64,000 nucleotides of DNA from Lama glama. Lineage: Eukaryota. A program made the translations under genes and the position numbers. This document shows positions 1 through 13,339 of the stretch, in pieces. Location of the stretch: the NCBI GenBank assembly GCA_028534125.1, contig CM052816.1, forward strand, positions 31,684,001 through 31,748,000, in the 5' to 3' direction. The notes beneath the pieces were generated by a model that worked only from the letters and a program-made list of their open reading frames with translations, had not been told where the DNA came from and ran no database searches. How positions within the stretch are numbered: the first letter of the stretch is position 1; each line of letters opens with the position of its first letter.

Positions 1-770
1 AATGACAAATGCTGGAGAGGGTGTGGAGAAAAGGGAACCCTCCTACACTGTTGGTGGGAATGCAGTTTGGTGCAGCCATTGTGGAAAACAGTATGGAGAT
101 TCCTCAAAAGACTAAAAGCAGACTTATCATATGACCTAGCAATCCCACTTCTGGGCATATACCCAGAAGGAACCCTAATTCAAAAAGACACCTGCACCCC
201 AATGTTCATAGCAGCACTATTTACAATAGCCAAGACATGGAAACAACCTAAATGTCCACCGACAGCTGACTGGATAAAGAAGATGTGGTATATTTATACA
301 ATGGAATACTATTCAGCCATAAAAAAGACGACATAACGCCATTTGTAGCAACATAGATGTTCCTGGAGAATATCATTCTAAGTGACGTAAGCCACAAAGA
401 GAAAGAAAAATATCATATGGTATCACTTATATGTGGAATCTAAAAAAAAAGAAAAAGAAGACAAATGAATCTAAATATGAAACAGAAACAGCTCACAGAC
501 ATAGAATACAAACTTGATGTTGCCAGCAGGGAGGGGAGTGGGAAGGGACAGACTGGGATTTTGAGATTTGTAGATACTGACAGGTATATATAAAATAGAT
601 AAACAAGTTTATATTTATAGCACAGGGAAATATATGCAAGATCCTGTAGTAGCTCACGGTGAAAAAGAATATGAAAATGAATATATGCATATTCATGTAT
701 GGACTGAATTGTGCTGTACACCAGAAATTGACACAACATTGTAAACTGACTATAACTCAATTCAAAAAAA
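1..770 (+). mobile_element. Lineage-specific (cetartiodactyl/camelid-type) L1 3' end: ORF2 C-terminus plus 3'UTR, cut by the window edge
   Basis: Translates as [13 protein letters not shown]...[22 protein letters not shown]...WIKKMWYIYTMEYYSAIK (L1 ORF2 C-terminus); 3'UTR ends gacacaacattgtaaactgactataactcaa plus an A-run. Confidence 0.95.
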
Positions 771-829
771 TTTTGATAAAAAACAATAAAAGCATTCAGG
801 ACTTCAGATTTACCCTGAAAAAAAAAAAA

Positions 830-3800
830 CCCAGAAAATAATTAACAAAATGGCAACAAGTATATACATATCAATAATTATTTTAAATGTGAATGGACTA
901 AATGCTCCAATCAAAAGACAAAGGATGGATGAATGGATTAAAAAATAAGCCCCATATATATGCTGCCTACAGAAGACTCAATCCAGATCTAAAGTCACAC
1001 ACAGGCCAAAGTAAAAAAATGGAAAGATATTCCATGCAAATGGAAATGAAAATAAAACTGGTGTAGGAATACTTGTATTAGACAAAGTAGACTTCAAAAC
1101 AAAGACTAAAACAAGAGACAAAGAAAGGCACTGAATAATGCCAAAGGGATTAATCCAAGAAGAGGACATAAACTTGTAAACATCTATGCATCCAACTAAG
1201 AGCACCTAAATACACAAAGGTAATATTAGCAGATAGAAAGAAAGAAATTAACAGTAATACAATAATAGGAGGAGACTTTAATACCTCCACCATGTCAATG
1301 GACAGATCATCCAAACAGAAATTCAGTAAAGAAACATTGGCCTGAAGTAAAACATTAGACCCAATGGACTAAATAGATGTACAGTTGACCCTAGAAAAAT
1401 ATGAACGTGAACTGCACAGGTCTCCTTATCTGTGGGTTTATTTCACTAAATACATACTACAGCACTACACAATCTGCAGTTGGATGTGGAACTGCAGGTA
1501 TAAAGGGTGGATTATAAAGTTATACACAGATTTTTGGACTGTGAGAGAGCTGGCACCCCTAACCCTTGCATTGTTCAAAGGTCAACTGCACACATAACAT
1601 TATACCCCAAAACAGCAGAATAAACATTCTTTTCAAGTACACATGGGACATTCCCCAGGACAGATCACATGCTAGGTCACAAAACAAGATGCAATAAATT
1701 TTAGGAGATTAAAATCATATCAATCATCTTTTCTGATCACAATAAAACTGAAATCAATTACAAAAAGAAAACTGGAAAAACACAAATACTTGGAGGCTGA
1801 ACAACATACATGTAAGGAACAGATGGGTCAATGAAGAAATTAAAGAGGAAATCAAAAAATACCTTGAAGCAAAAGAAAATGGAAATACAATGTTTCAAAA
1901 TATATGGGACACAGCAAAAGCAAATCTACGAGGAAATTTACGGTGATATAGGCCTAACTAAAGAAAGAAGAAAAATCTCAAATAAACAATCTAAGTTTAC
2001 ACTTAAAGGAACCAGAAAAAGAAAAACAAAGTCCAAAGAGAGTAGAAAGAAGAAAATAATAAAGATGAGCAGAAATAAATAAAATGAGACAAAAATAGAA
2101 AAAATTAATAAAACTAAGAGCTAGTTCTTTGAAAAGATAAACAAAATTGATATACCTTTAGCCAGATTCATCATGAAAAAAAGAGAAAAGGCCCAAATAA
2201 ATACAAGGAGAAATGAAAGAGGAGAAATTAGAACCAACTCCACAGAAATACGAAGGATCATAAAAGATTACTACAAACAGTTACATGTCAACAAATTGGA
2301 CAAGCTAGAAAAAGTGGGTAAATTCCTAGGAACAGACAATCTTCCAAAACTAAATCAGAAGATATAGACAATCTTTAGACCAATCACTAGTAATAAAATT
2401 GAGTCAGTAATTAAAAAAAAAATCTCAACAACAAACGTTCAGGACCAGACATCATCACAGGTGAATTCTACTTAATGTTTAAACAATTAATACATATCCT
2501 TCTCAAACTACTCCAAAAAACTGAAGGAAAAGGAATGCTTCCAAACTCATTATATGAAGCCAGTATTATCCTGCTGTTCAAACAAGACAAAGATGCTACA
2601 AAAAGTAAGTTTACAGTATAATATCACTGATGAACATAAATGTAAAAGATCCTCAACACAATATTAGCAATCAAATTCAACATTACGTTAAAAGAATCAT
2701 ACATCATGAGCAAGTAGGATTTATCCCAGGGATTCAAGGATGGTTAATACCTGCAAATCAATCAACATGATATACTACATAAACAAACTGAGGAGGATAA
2801 AAATCATTTGATCATCTTAATAGATGAAGAAAAAGCACTTGACAAAATTCAACATCCACTTATGATAAAAACTCTTACCAACGCGGGTATAGAGGAACGT
2901 ACCTCCTCAATATAATAAAGGACATATATCACAAACCCACAGCTAACATCATACTCAAAGGTGCTGAAAGCATTTCGTCGAAGATCAGAAACAAGACGAG
3001 GGTGCCCACTTTCATCACTTTTATTCATCATAGTATTGGAAGTCCCAGCCACAGCAGTCAGAAAAGGAAAAGATGTAACAAGCATCCAAACTGGAAAGAA
3101 AGAATTGAAACTGTCATTATTAGCAGAAGCCATGATACTATATATAGAAAACATCAAAGACTCCACCAAAAAAAAAACCAAACCATTAGAAATAATAAAT
3201 GAATTCAGTAAAATTGCAGAGTACAAAATCAATATAGAAAAATATGTTGCTTTTCTATACACTAGTAACAAACTACTAGAAAGAGAAATTAAGAAAATGG
3301 TCCCATTTACAACTTCATCAAAAAGAATAAAATACCTAGAAATAAATCTAAGAAGTAAAAGACCTGTATCCAAAAATCTGTAAGACACTGAAGAAGGAAA
3401 GTGAAGATGACACAAACAGGTGGAAAGATATACTGAGTTCATGGATTAGAAGAATCAATATTGTTAAAATGACCATACTTCCCAAGGCAATCAACAGATT
3501 CAATGTAATCCCTATTAAAAGAGCAATGGCTTTTTTCACAGAAAAACAAATAACCCTAAAATTTGTATAGAAACCCAAAAGACCCCAAATAACCAAAGCA
3601 ACATGAAGAAAGAAGGAGAAAGCTGGAGGTATCATGCTCCTTGATTTCAAACTACACTACAAAGCAATAGTAATCAAAATTACTGCACAAAAGCAAACAC
3701 ATAGATCAATGGAACAGAAGAGAGAGCCCAGAAAATAATGCATGCTTACATGGTCAATTAATTTGTGACAACAGAGCCAAGAATATACAGTGGAGAAAAG

Positions 3801-5125
3801 ACAGTCTCTTCATAAACAATGTTAGGAAAACTGGACAGCCACATGCAAAAGAATGAAACTGGACTACTTTCTTATACTCTATACAAAAATAAACTCAAAA
3901 TGGATTAAAGACTTAAACATGAACATAAAGACATTAAACCATAAAATGCCTAGAAGAAAACAGACAGTATTAGTCTTAGCAATATTTTTTTGGATCTGTC
4001 TCCTCAGGCAAGGGAAACAACAGCAAAAATAAACAAATGTAACTATATTAAACTAAAAAAGCTTTGTACAGTGAAGGAAACAATCAACAAAATAAAAAGG
4101 CAACCTGCTGAATGGGAGAAGACATTTGCAAATGATATATCCAATAAGGGGTTAATATCCGAAATATATGAAGAACTCATGCAACTCAATGTAAAAAAAA
4201 TCCAATTAAAAAATGAGCAGACGACCAGAACAGACATTTTTCCAAGGAAGACATACATGAAAATATGCTCAACATCACTAACCATCAGGGAAATGCAAAT
4301 CAAAACCACAATGAGATATCACCTCACACCTGCCAAAATGGCTATTATCAAAAAGACAACAAATAACAAGTGCTAGCAAGGATGTGGAGAAAAGGGAACC
4401 CTTGTGCATTATTGGTGGGAATATAAATTGGTGCAGCCACTATGGAAAATATTATGGAGTATCCACAACAAGTTAAAAATTAAACTAGCATAGATAGAGC
4501 AATTCCACTTCTGAGTACTTATTCAAAGAAAAAAATAACACTCATTAGAAAAGATATATGTACCCCCAAGTTCATTGCAGTATTATTTACAATAGTCGAG
4601 ACACAGAAGCAACCTAAATACCCAAGGATGGATGGATGGCTGAAGAAAATATGGCTAAATATACAATGGAATATTATTCAGTCATGAAAACAATGAAATC
4701 TTCCCATTTGTGACAACTTTGGTGGATGTAGAAGGTATTATGCTAAAAGAAATATGTCTGACAGTGAAAGACAAATACCATATGATTAAACTTATATTTG
4801 AAATTTAAAAAACAAAACAAACAAAACAGAACAGACTCACGGAAAACTGGAGATTGCCAGAGGGGAGGCAAGGTGCGGGTTTGGGTAAAAGAGGTGAAGG
4901 AGATTAAGAGGTACAAACTTCCAGTTGTAAAGTAACAGTTTTGGGGATATAATATGCAGTAAGGGAATACAGTCAGTCATACTGTAATAACTTTGTATGG
5001 TAACAGATGGCTACTAGACTTAATCGTGGTGCTCATCTATAATGTGTATATATGTTGAATCGTCATACAACCGAAACTAATGCAGTATCATATGTTAACC
5101 ATAGTTCAATAAAAAAGCAAAAAAT
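830..5125 (+). mobile_element. Older L1 (L1MA9-like) with near-complete but disrupted ORF2 (EN, RT, C-terminus) and 3'UTR
   Basis: ORF2 start ATG at 850 (MATSIYISIIILNVNGLNAPIKR), RT motif RRGCPLSSLLFIIVLEV near 2995, C-terminal [15 protein letters not shown] near 4290, many stops and frameshifts, aataaa plus A-rich tail near 5108. Confidence 0.93.
1382..1588. mobile_element. Tigger2-derived MITE (MER8/Tigger2a-like) inserted in the L1 endonuclease region
   Basis: TIRs cagttgaccctagaa ... ttcaaaggtcaactg; left flank TA, right flank CA (decayed TA TSD); the L1 sequence resumes on both sides. Confidence 0.85.
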
Positions 5126-6154
5126 AAAGACTGTTATGAAGGGGAAAACAAATGCATGACCATTTAAATCAGAAGCACACCATTTGATCTATAAATATGC
5201 CATTTTCATTACGTTGGCAAAGATGGGAAAAACATTACAAGTCACATTTGAAAAATCAGATTCATTTCAAGTTATAATATTTTCTCTCTCTGTCTTGCCT
5301 ATTTTGCTTTAGATCGTTACAAATTCATGGTTAAAACTGTCCAAAGATACCAACCTATAAAACCAAATATATTCTTCCTGGTGTAAGGAGCAACTTCCAG
5401 TTGAGTCTTACTTGAAATCATTTATCTTATACATCAATAGAAACCATTTTCATACTACATCAGGAAAGACTTGAACTGCTTTGAGAAGTAAGTTTTCTAT
5501 CTGCCATTCAATGGTAACAAGTAGAATTATCAAACCAAAGTGAAAGTCAAAACATAATTTATGTGTAACTCTTTTGCCATTATGTTTAGCAGTTATACAT
5601 TTAACAGAATAAGACTGGAAATCTGGTTATTTGAGTTCTGTCTCTGCCCAGACTGGCTTTACATACTGACATCTTTTACACCCTCAATAAACTAGTTAAT
5701 TAAAAGTTAGCTAACATCTAAATTTCTTTCTTTTTAAAAAATTCTATGGCATTCTGAAAGTCTGCAAAAATAGGAAAATATGAACTTGAGATGATTATAT
5801 TAGTACTGCTCTTCTGTAACTTTTCCACCAAAGTGACTCCAATGGAAAAGATGAAGGTATATATTCTTCCTATAAAACCACCCTATGGGCTGGTCAGGGG
5901 CAAAGCCTGAGGCAGCTTTTTTTCTTTTAATTTCTAGCTTTATCTTTAAATCCCTTTCCCATTGCATTCCATAATGTATCTATATCACATTTAATATAAA
6001 AATAATGTATTTTATAAAACTTAAAGCACAATTAACACTCTAGCAAGGTATATTATGTTTATTGAATGAAATTAGATATACACCAAGGACCACCTTAAGA
6101 TCCATAGCCCATTTTGAGAAATATACACAAGCAGCAGAGAAAGGGCATTTATGC

Positions 6155-6460
6155 CAGGGTTGACACCTCAACTGTTATGAGGCTGGGCAGGAAACAGAAA
6201 CAAGTGGCACAGTCATGCAGAAACAGTCATGCAGTAGGCTGTGGTGGGGACCACGACAATCTTTGGATGACCTAGAGGAGCAGTTGTTACTCAGCTCCAA
6301 CACGTTTTGTCCAGTGTGGCCAAATATTCTGATTCTTCAAGGGAGGTGAAAAGATGAATTTTACGTGAAATTCCTCCTCTTTGTAAAACATAATGCAGAC
6401 AAAATAATACAGTTTAGGTGGCCAGATTCAGCGCAAACTCCACCTGGTTTTGAGTCCTTG
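6155..6460 (+). mobile_element. hAT-Charlie MITE, MER102-like
   Basis: cagggttgac start, internal gttactcagctcca, gccaaatattctgattcttcaag and ttttacgtgaaatt blocks match the recalled MER102 consensus. Confidence 0.65.
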
Positions 6461-6970
6461 ATGCCTGCTTCAGGAAATGAGTTCAATTACACAGCAGAGA
6501 GAGCATCTCCATGGAGAATGGGGTAGAAAAACATTTTCAAAGGGTCAAACTGAAGGCTATGGACTTCTGAGGGCAACAGGGGAATTTTCTTCCTTTCAGT
6601 CAGATCATTAAAAGTAGAAAGACAGCAATTTTTTACAATCATCATAGGTAGCTTAGCCTGCAGGCAGAAGACTGGATCAGACAGACTCTGGAGACTGACT
6701 TCCAGGTTGATGGGAAAGTCATGCATTTTATGTTTGCATTTAACCTTGGTATAATGACAACATATTTGAAAGCCAGGTCAAAAGCTATGGCATATAAATG
6801 AAATATATTTAAAAGCCACATGAGTATTACATACACCAAGCTACGGTCCATATAGCACACTGTGGTATGAGTGTTTCAGCTTTTCAGTCATGGCAGAAAG
6901 AAAACAAAGGAGTGACCACAGACATTCAGAAGGTGCTCTGGCACCCACAGCTAGTCCATATGATTCTTTT

Positions 6971-7420
6971 ACTGAACGTTAACAATCTCACAGTGAACCA
7001 ACCTCAGACAAGATTACTCAGAGACCATGGACTAAATGAGACAAAACTAGGCCACTACATAATTTTTTTCTAAGCAGGGACAAAAATCAAGGTAACTGTG
7101 GCACTCACAAAATGCCAAACACCCACCTCTCCTGGCTAAGATGAGTGATGGCTAGCTCTTTACCAGTTACAGCCCTGTGCTCATTCTATTCCCCACGTCT
7201 CTACAGGCAAAATTTAGATACCCAATCATAGAATTGCCTTTGCTTTCTGACAGCCAGTTTAGAGAAAAGCCCAGCTTCCTCAGATCCTCTCTTTTTAACA
7301 TCCTCTTATGAAGACATCAGTATTTCTCCATGGTGTGTGTTCTCCATCGTAATGGCTAATGAATTCAACTTGTTTTACTGCACGTGTGTTCATGATGGTC
7401 TTTGTCTGAAGGGCACTGAC
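6971..7420 (+). mobile_element. ERV1-class solo LTR, MER89/MER90-like
   Basis: Blocks ctcagacaag, gatacccaatcatagaattgc and the end gtgtgttcatgatggtctttgtctgaagggcactgac resemble the recalled consensus. Confidence 0.65.
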
Positions 7421-8374
7421 CCAAGTGCACGATCAACATGATTTACCACACAATCAATCCATTCAGGTCAAAAGGTGACAACTTTGAAGGTGGCTGATAA
7501 GATTCTGCCCAGCCATAACGCACCTTCCCTGCCACGTACGGTCATGTCCAACTTCATTCTATTTCTGCTCCTTTCCTGTGCTTGATTAGGCAATTTTTCT
7601 GACTCTGATTAATGCAGAGGGTTTTGCAGGCCTTCCTGAGATTCATTATTCAGATAGCAGATAACCAGTGTCTACACGTTTACTCTTACGTGACCTTACT
7701 CAAAAAGCCAATGAAGTATAAACATTCCTCTTAAAAAGATCAAATTGAAAGTAAAAATAGCACTGTGGGGGAAACAGACTTCAAGGAAGGCAATGCATGC
7801 TGTGTTGTTTTCTACCTTCTCTTTCAGCTGCATAAAACACAAGTAATAAAATTCCAAAATGCTATTAAGCATGGCATTTAACAGGAAAATATATTCTGCT
7901 TTGTGTGGCTTCAGAAGACAACAAATGGAGTCATGTCTAGAACAGGATGTAATCTGGCAAATTTGTAGACACAAGGGAATAATTATATTCAGTTTGAGTA
8001 AATGAGTGTTAAGACTGTGAAATGTAAAACCAGGACAACCAACTTATTAGAAGCCTGCAGCTTTTCTTCAACATAAACTCTGATAGCAATACAGAGACAG
8101 GTATGTAGACAGTTACTTCCAATTTGAAATAACACGAGAATTGTTAAACACATATTATGGATTTTAAAACAGAAATGTGAAGATAAAGCCAGAACAGTGA
8201 CCCATAATCCTGCTGATCTATGAAATGTAACTAATATACACACCTAAGAAATCCAAACAAAATAGAAAGCTACAAATAAAATGTCTACTCTTCCCTCTTG
8301 TTTCTAAACTGTTTCCCTTAATATAACCATTATGATTTTTATGTATCCTTTGAAAATGAGGTACTTCAGTGAGA

Positions 8375-9250
8375 TACCACAACACTTATTAGAAGAGCTT
8401 AAAAAATGTAGTATAATTCCAAATGCTGGTGACTGCAGAGAAACTGAAACTCTCACCCATTGCTGGTTAGAATGTAAATGGTACAGCCATTCTGGAAAAC
8501 TGTTTGGCAGTTTCTCATAAAATTAAATATGTACTTACTATATGACCCAGAAATCACACTCTTGGGCATTTAACCAAAAGAAATGAAAACTTGTATTCAT
8601 ACACACACCAAAACACCTCTGTGAAAATATTTATGGAAGCTTTCTGTATAATAGCAAAAATTGAAAACCTAGATGTCTTTGGGTGAATGGTCAAACAAAT
8701 TCTGTACATCCATATAATGGAACATACTCAGCAATAAAGAAGAACAAACTATTTGTACATGCAACAACTTGAACTTGAATGGTTCTCCAGGGCATTATGC
8801 TTAGTAAAAAAAAAAAAATCAGCCTCAAAAAGTTGCATGCCATATAATTCCATTTATATAACACCTTCAAAATGATAAAACTCTAGGCTAAGAACATATT
8901 CGTGGTTGTTAGGGTGGGTGGATACAGAAGGGTGGCAGGAAGGAGGTTCTTTGAACTAATGGAATAATTCTGTATGTTCATTGTGGTGGCAGCTACACAA
9001 CTCTGTATATGGGATAAAGTTGCATGGAAACACACACACACACACACACACACAGAGGAATGTATGTAAAAACAGTGAAAACTGAGTAAGATCTGTAGTA
9101 CTGCACCAATGCCGATTTTGTGGTTTTGATATTGTACTACAGTTATACAAGATGGTACCTTTGGGGGATGCTAGATGAAAGGTATTCAGGTCTTTCTACT
9201 CTATCTTTGCAACCTCCTGTGAGTCTATAATGATTTCAACATAATTTTTT
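8375..9250 (+). mobile_element. Ancient L1 3' end (L1MC/L1MD-type) containing a (CA)n tract
   Basis: aatgtaaatggtacagccattctggaaaac ORF2 end; terminal tttgcaacctcctgtgagtctataatgatttc motif. Confidence 0.85.
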
Positions 9251-9274
9251 TAAGTTACATATATACCAACTGTA

Positions 9275-9760
9275 AAATTAGGATACTTTTGGCTATTACT
9301 AGTAGAAAATTCTAATTCAGCTGGCTTAAAAAACAGAAATATCTTATTGTCTCATCGAACAAGAAGAATGCAGATAGGTTAGCTCTGGGACCAATTAAGT
9401 AAGTGCTCATCAACATCATCAAGGACCCAGGATTTTTTCATATTTCTGCTCTGTCATTGTTGGCACATAAGCTCGGTCTTTGGGCTAGCCTGTTTCATGG
9501 ATCCAAGATGGCTATCCAAGTTAGAGTTACCACATCTGGTGACACAGGGACCATTTCCTACTAGTACCTCTTTTAGTCATAGAGGCCAAAATTTATCACA
9601 AGCCCTCCTGCTAACTCTCTGTCATGTCTCATTGGCAGGGTCACATATCAACTCCTAAAGCAAATGCTGGGGCTAGGGGAGTTGGAAGGATTGTCAAGGC
9701 CGGGTAAAGGTACGCAGCAATGGAACCACCATTACTGACCAGTCATGATCCACTCCAGGG
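9275..9760 (-). mobile_element. Old MaLR LTR (MLT1K/L-like)
   Basis: ttaggatacttttggct...ctggcttaaaaaacag...catcatcaaggacccagg blocks. Confidence 0.6.
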
Positions 9761-9856
9761 GTTTCAAAAGAAGATTAATGTCTATAACTAAGAGTTAAAT
9801 AAGTTAATGCACATGCACACAACAGAATTTTTCAAAGGGACAGCAAATAATATTTG

Positions 9857-10113
9857 TGTTAATGGGCTGAATATTTGAGTCCCCTCAAATGCATGTTGAA
9901 ACTCTAAGCCCCAAGGTGATGGTATTAGATGGTGGGGATTTGGGGAGAAAATTAAGTCATGAGGGTGGAGCCCAACTATCTATAAGCCAGAAAGCAAGTC
10001 CTCACTAGACACTGGATCTCCCAGTGCCTCCAGAATTTTGAGAAAAAAGTGTTTGTTATATAAGCCTCCAGTCTATGGCGTCTTTATTAAAGCAGTGCAA
10101 ACTGACCAAAACA
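9857..10113 (+). mobile_element. MaLR LTR, MLT1A-like, internally deleted
   Basis: ccccaaggtgatggtattag, gtcatgagggtggagccc, and the end cagtctatggcg...aactgaccaaaaca. Confidence 0.8.
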
Positions 10114-10220
10114 GTTGGTACTTTCTAATTCCTTGCTTTTCATCCTTTCTTTTAGAAACTCTGTTTTATTCAGGAAAATACATAATTTATTTGATTAATA
10201 GGACAACTTTCCATACTTTT

Positions 10221-10580
10221 GATGCAAATCAAAACTACAATGAAGTATCACCTCACACCAGTTAGAATGGCCATAATTAAAAAGCTCACAAATGATAAAT
10301 GCTGGAGAGGGTGTTGAGAAAAAGGAACACTCCTATATTTTTGGTGAGGAATGTAGTTTGGTGCAGCCATTATGGAAAACGATACGCAGATTCCTTAAAA
10401 AACTGAAAATACACTTACCATATAATCCAGCAATTCTACTCCTGGGCATATATCTGGAGGGAACTCTAATTTGAAAAGATGCATAAGTTCTAATGTTCAT
10501 AGCAGCACTATTTACAATAACCAGGATATGGAAACAGCATAATTGTCCATTGACAGATGACTGGATAAAGAAGTGGGGAG

Positions 10581-10615
<35 letters not shown>

Positions 10616-11100
10616 TATAAACAATGAAATACTACTCAGCCATAAAAAAGAAGAAAATGATGCCATTTGCAGCAACATGGATGGACCTAGAGATCATCAT
10701 TCTAAGCGAAGTAAATTAGAAAGAGAAAGATAAATACCGTATATTATGTGGAATCTTTAAAAAAAAAAAAGGACACAAATGAACTTATTTACAAAACAGA
10801 GACAGACTCAAAGACATGGAAAACAAACTTATGGTTACCAGGGGGAAAAGGGATTGGGAAGGGATAAATTGGGAGTCTGAGATTTGCAGATACTAACTAC
10901 ATATAGATAAACAACAAGTTCATACTGTGTAACACAGAGAACTATATACAATATCTTGTAACCTATAACAAAAATGAAAAAGAATATGAAAAGGCATATA
11001 TGTATGTATATGTATGAATGAAATATTACACTGTACACCAGAAATTGACACAATATTGGGAACTATCCTTCAACTAAAAGATAAATAACCCCTGAAATTT
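10221..11100 (+). mobile_element. 5'-truncated lineage-specific L1 3' end with an internal (CA)n
   Basis: atgcaaatcaaaactacaatga...cacctcacaccagttagaatggcc ORF2 end; 3'UTR homologous to the copy at 1-770. Confidence 0.93.
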
Positions 11101-11419
11101 TTTTTAAATTGAAAAAGAAAAAGAGCTTATTAAGCTGAGGAATAACAAGAGCAAAGGCTTGGAGACAGGACTACATTTTGCTCCCTGGAGGTCAGAAAAG
11201 ATATCCAGTAGAGTCAGAGCCTAGTGAACTAGGGAAGAGTTAGATAAAATGAGATTAGAGGACCCAGGGGATACATCCTATCTCTTCTGGATCGTCAAAC
11301 TGAAGCTTAAACAAGCTAAGTAAGTAGATCAAGTTCACAAATGGCTGGAAGTGGCAGAATCAGGACTCCAGTTACTCCAAAGTCCCTATTCTCAATCACT
11401 GCACTGCCTGTCCTGTGGT

Positions 11420-11890
11420 GTCCTTCTGATTCCAGTCTGCTTGTCTATTGCTTAAATAACTCTACCTGATATGACCTTTACTTTTCCCTCCAGTCTCGTT
11501 TCTTTCCTCCAATATTCTATCATCTCAAATTATTGATCTGTCCTCAGAGAAGCCATCCCAGATATATTCTAAAGGCTCCTTATGCCTGCAATGCCCTCTC
11601 TTGCCATTTATGACCAATAAACGGTTACTCACCTCAGCTGCCATATAACATACTGAACTTCTGACCTTCCTCAGTCTTTGCCTGTCCTACAGCTCATCAA
11701 GGTACATAGATCCCTTCCTTTACAGCCCCCTGTAGCCTGTGCACAGTGCCATGGACTATTTATGACATTTATGGCACATTTTAGTAAAAGTTTGTCACTT
11801 TCAGCTAAATCTCAAGATTTTTATGCCATAGATCATGTATTACTCATCTTAGCACATTGCCTGACACATGCATTTTTTTGAATGAATGAC
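11420..11890 (+). mobile_element. L2 3' fragment
   Basis: Degenerate L2 3'-end blocks ending gcacattgcctgacacat...gaatgaatga. Confidence 0.5.
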
Positions 11891-12939
11891 TACACTAATG
11901 AGTTAATTTCCACAGAAGGACACATTTGCCATTCTGTTCCCTGTTTTGAACCATGACAAGCACACAACAGTGCTCAGCTGATAATGCTGATAATGGGGCT
12001 ACTTGTCCTGAACTGTGAGCTGGTTGGTGTTTCAGCCATACTGCTGACTTCCTAATATATTAAAATCATGCTTTCAAGCTCTTCATATTGTCGAATTAAG
12101 TCCTATCTAATAAGGAGCCTGTCATTTTTATCTCTCCCTGGAGTTCTCAGTTAATAATTATTCAATTCTTTACTCATCACATTCTGGAAAGCCTAGTCTA
12201 TTATTGTCAAAACCCACAGAGACTTGATGCTTTGTATTCATGCTGTGCTTAAACAAAGATTTTATACTGACCAACATGATTTTCAAGCCATCACTTCAGT
12301 ATCTATCAAAAATTACTGCCCCACTTAAAGAGGGTCTTAAATAGCTGTCTTGAATGAATCAGTGGCTGGTATGACCCAGGTTTCATTTTCTATGTCATGA
12401 TTTAGGTTATCTTATTTGTTGAGCAAGCTGAGTAAATATAAATTGATTTTTTTCAGAAATGATGCTTTGATCATTTAGCTCTATATGTGGCTTGTATCTA
12501 TAGCTATTGTGGGGAGAAATCAAGAAACAGAATTGAAGCAATGTTATCCTTATTGGAGAATCACTGATTATCTAATACGTGTGTACAAAGTGACCTTGTC
12601 AAATAAGCAAAGAATCATCAACTGCTGTGGAATTTTAAAGTGATTCAATCAAGTATCAGAGCCAAGGTCTACCTTAGTTAGACCAGATGACTTTAAAGTT
12701 TATTGTCAGTTCCTGGGTCCCTCCTTTCAATGCCCAGTCTACTTGTAAGAGTACAGTAAAATTTCTGATAATGTCATCTGGTTGGAAAGTGTGATAATAT
12801 GTTCTAATTAAAGCACTTCAACTTGGGAGGGCCAACAACTGGCATGTGGAGGAAGGTCACAGAAGATGCCAAAGGGTGTAACTGTGCCTTGGGTGGGATA
12901 ACTCATATAACTGGCATATTTTGCCAAGAATATAAGACT

Positions 12940-13175
12940 CAACTTTTGCTTCCAGAGTAGCCAAGTAGTACATCCTGGAACTTATCTTTGCAAATAACAA
13001 CTATAAACTGGGGACAAAATACAAAAACAAAGCAAGGTAAATAAATGTTCTACCTACAGCAGAATGAATAAAAGAAGGCTGAATCTGGAGGAGAGACACT
13101 TGGAAGAAGGAAATAGCCATGTGTCTTGCTCATTTTTAAAGTTTTTGGCTGGAGAGCAGTCCATAGTCAGAATCA
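12940..13175 (+). mobile_element. Ancient L1 5'-end fragment (L1ME-type)
   Basis: acttttgcttcc...aacaactataaactgg...acttggaagaaggaaatagc resembles recalled L1ME 5' ends. Confidence 0.5.
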
Positions 13176-13339
13176 TGTCTTTCTCCACTCACATATTTCT
13201 CTTGCTCAAAATATACAGTGGTTCTCTATGTCCTATACAATAAACTCAAAACTTTAAAAAAATATCATTAAAGTCCTTCATAATAAGGCCTGACTTTACA
13301 TCATTTCACTCACCGCATCTTCTAAGTTTCTGGACTCCT

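Noticed and set aside
1831..4376. Multiple ORFs of 60-197 aa on both strands
   Set aside because: Fragments or antisense shadows of a disrupted L1 ORF2, not host genes.
5281..5495. Plus-strand acceptor at about 5312 with downstream gtaag donors
   Set aside because: No recognisable peptide and no compatible partner exons; treated as a pseudo-exon.
10200..11140. TSD for the L1 at 10221-11100
   Set aside because: No convincing flanking direct repeat found.
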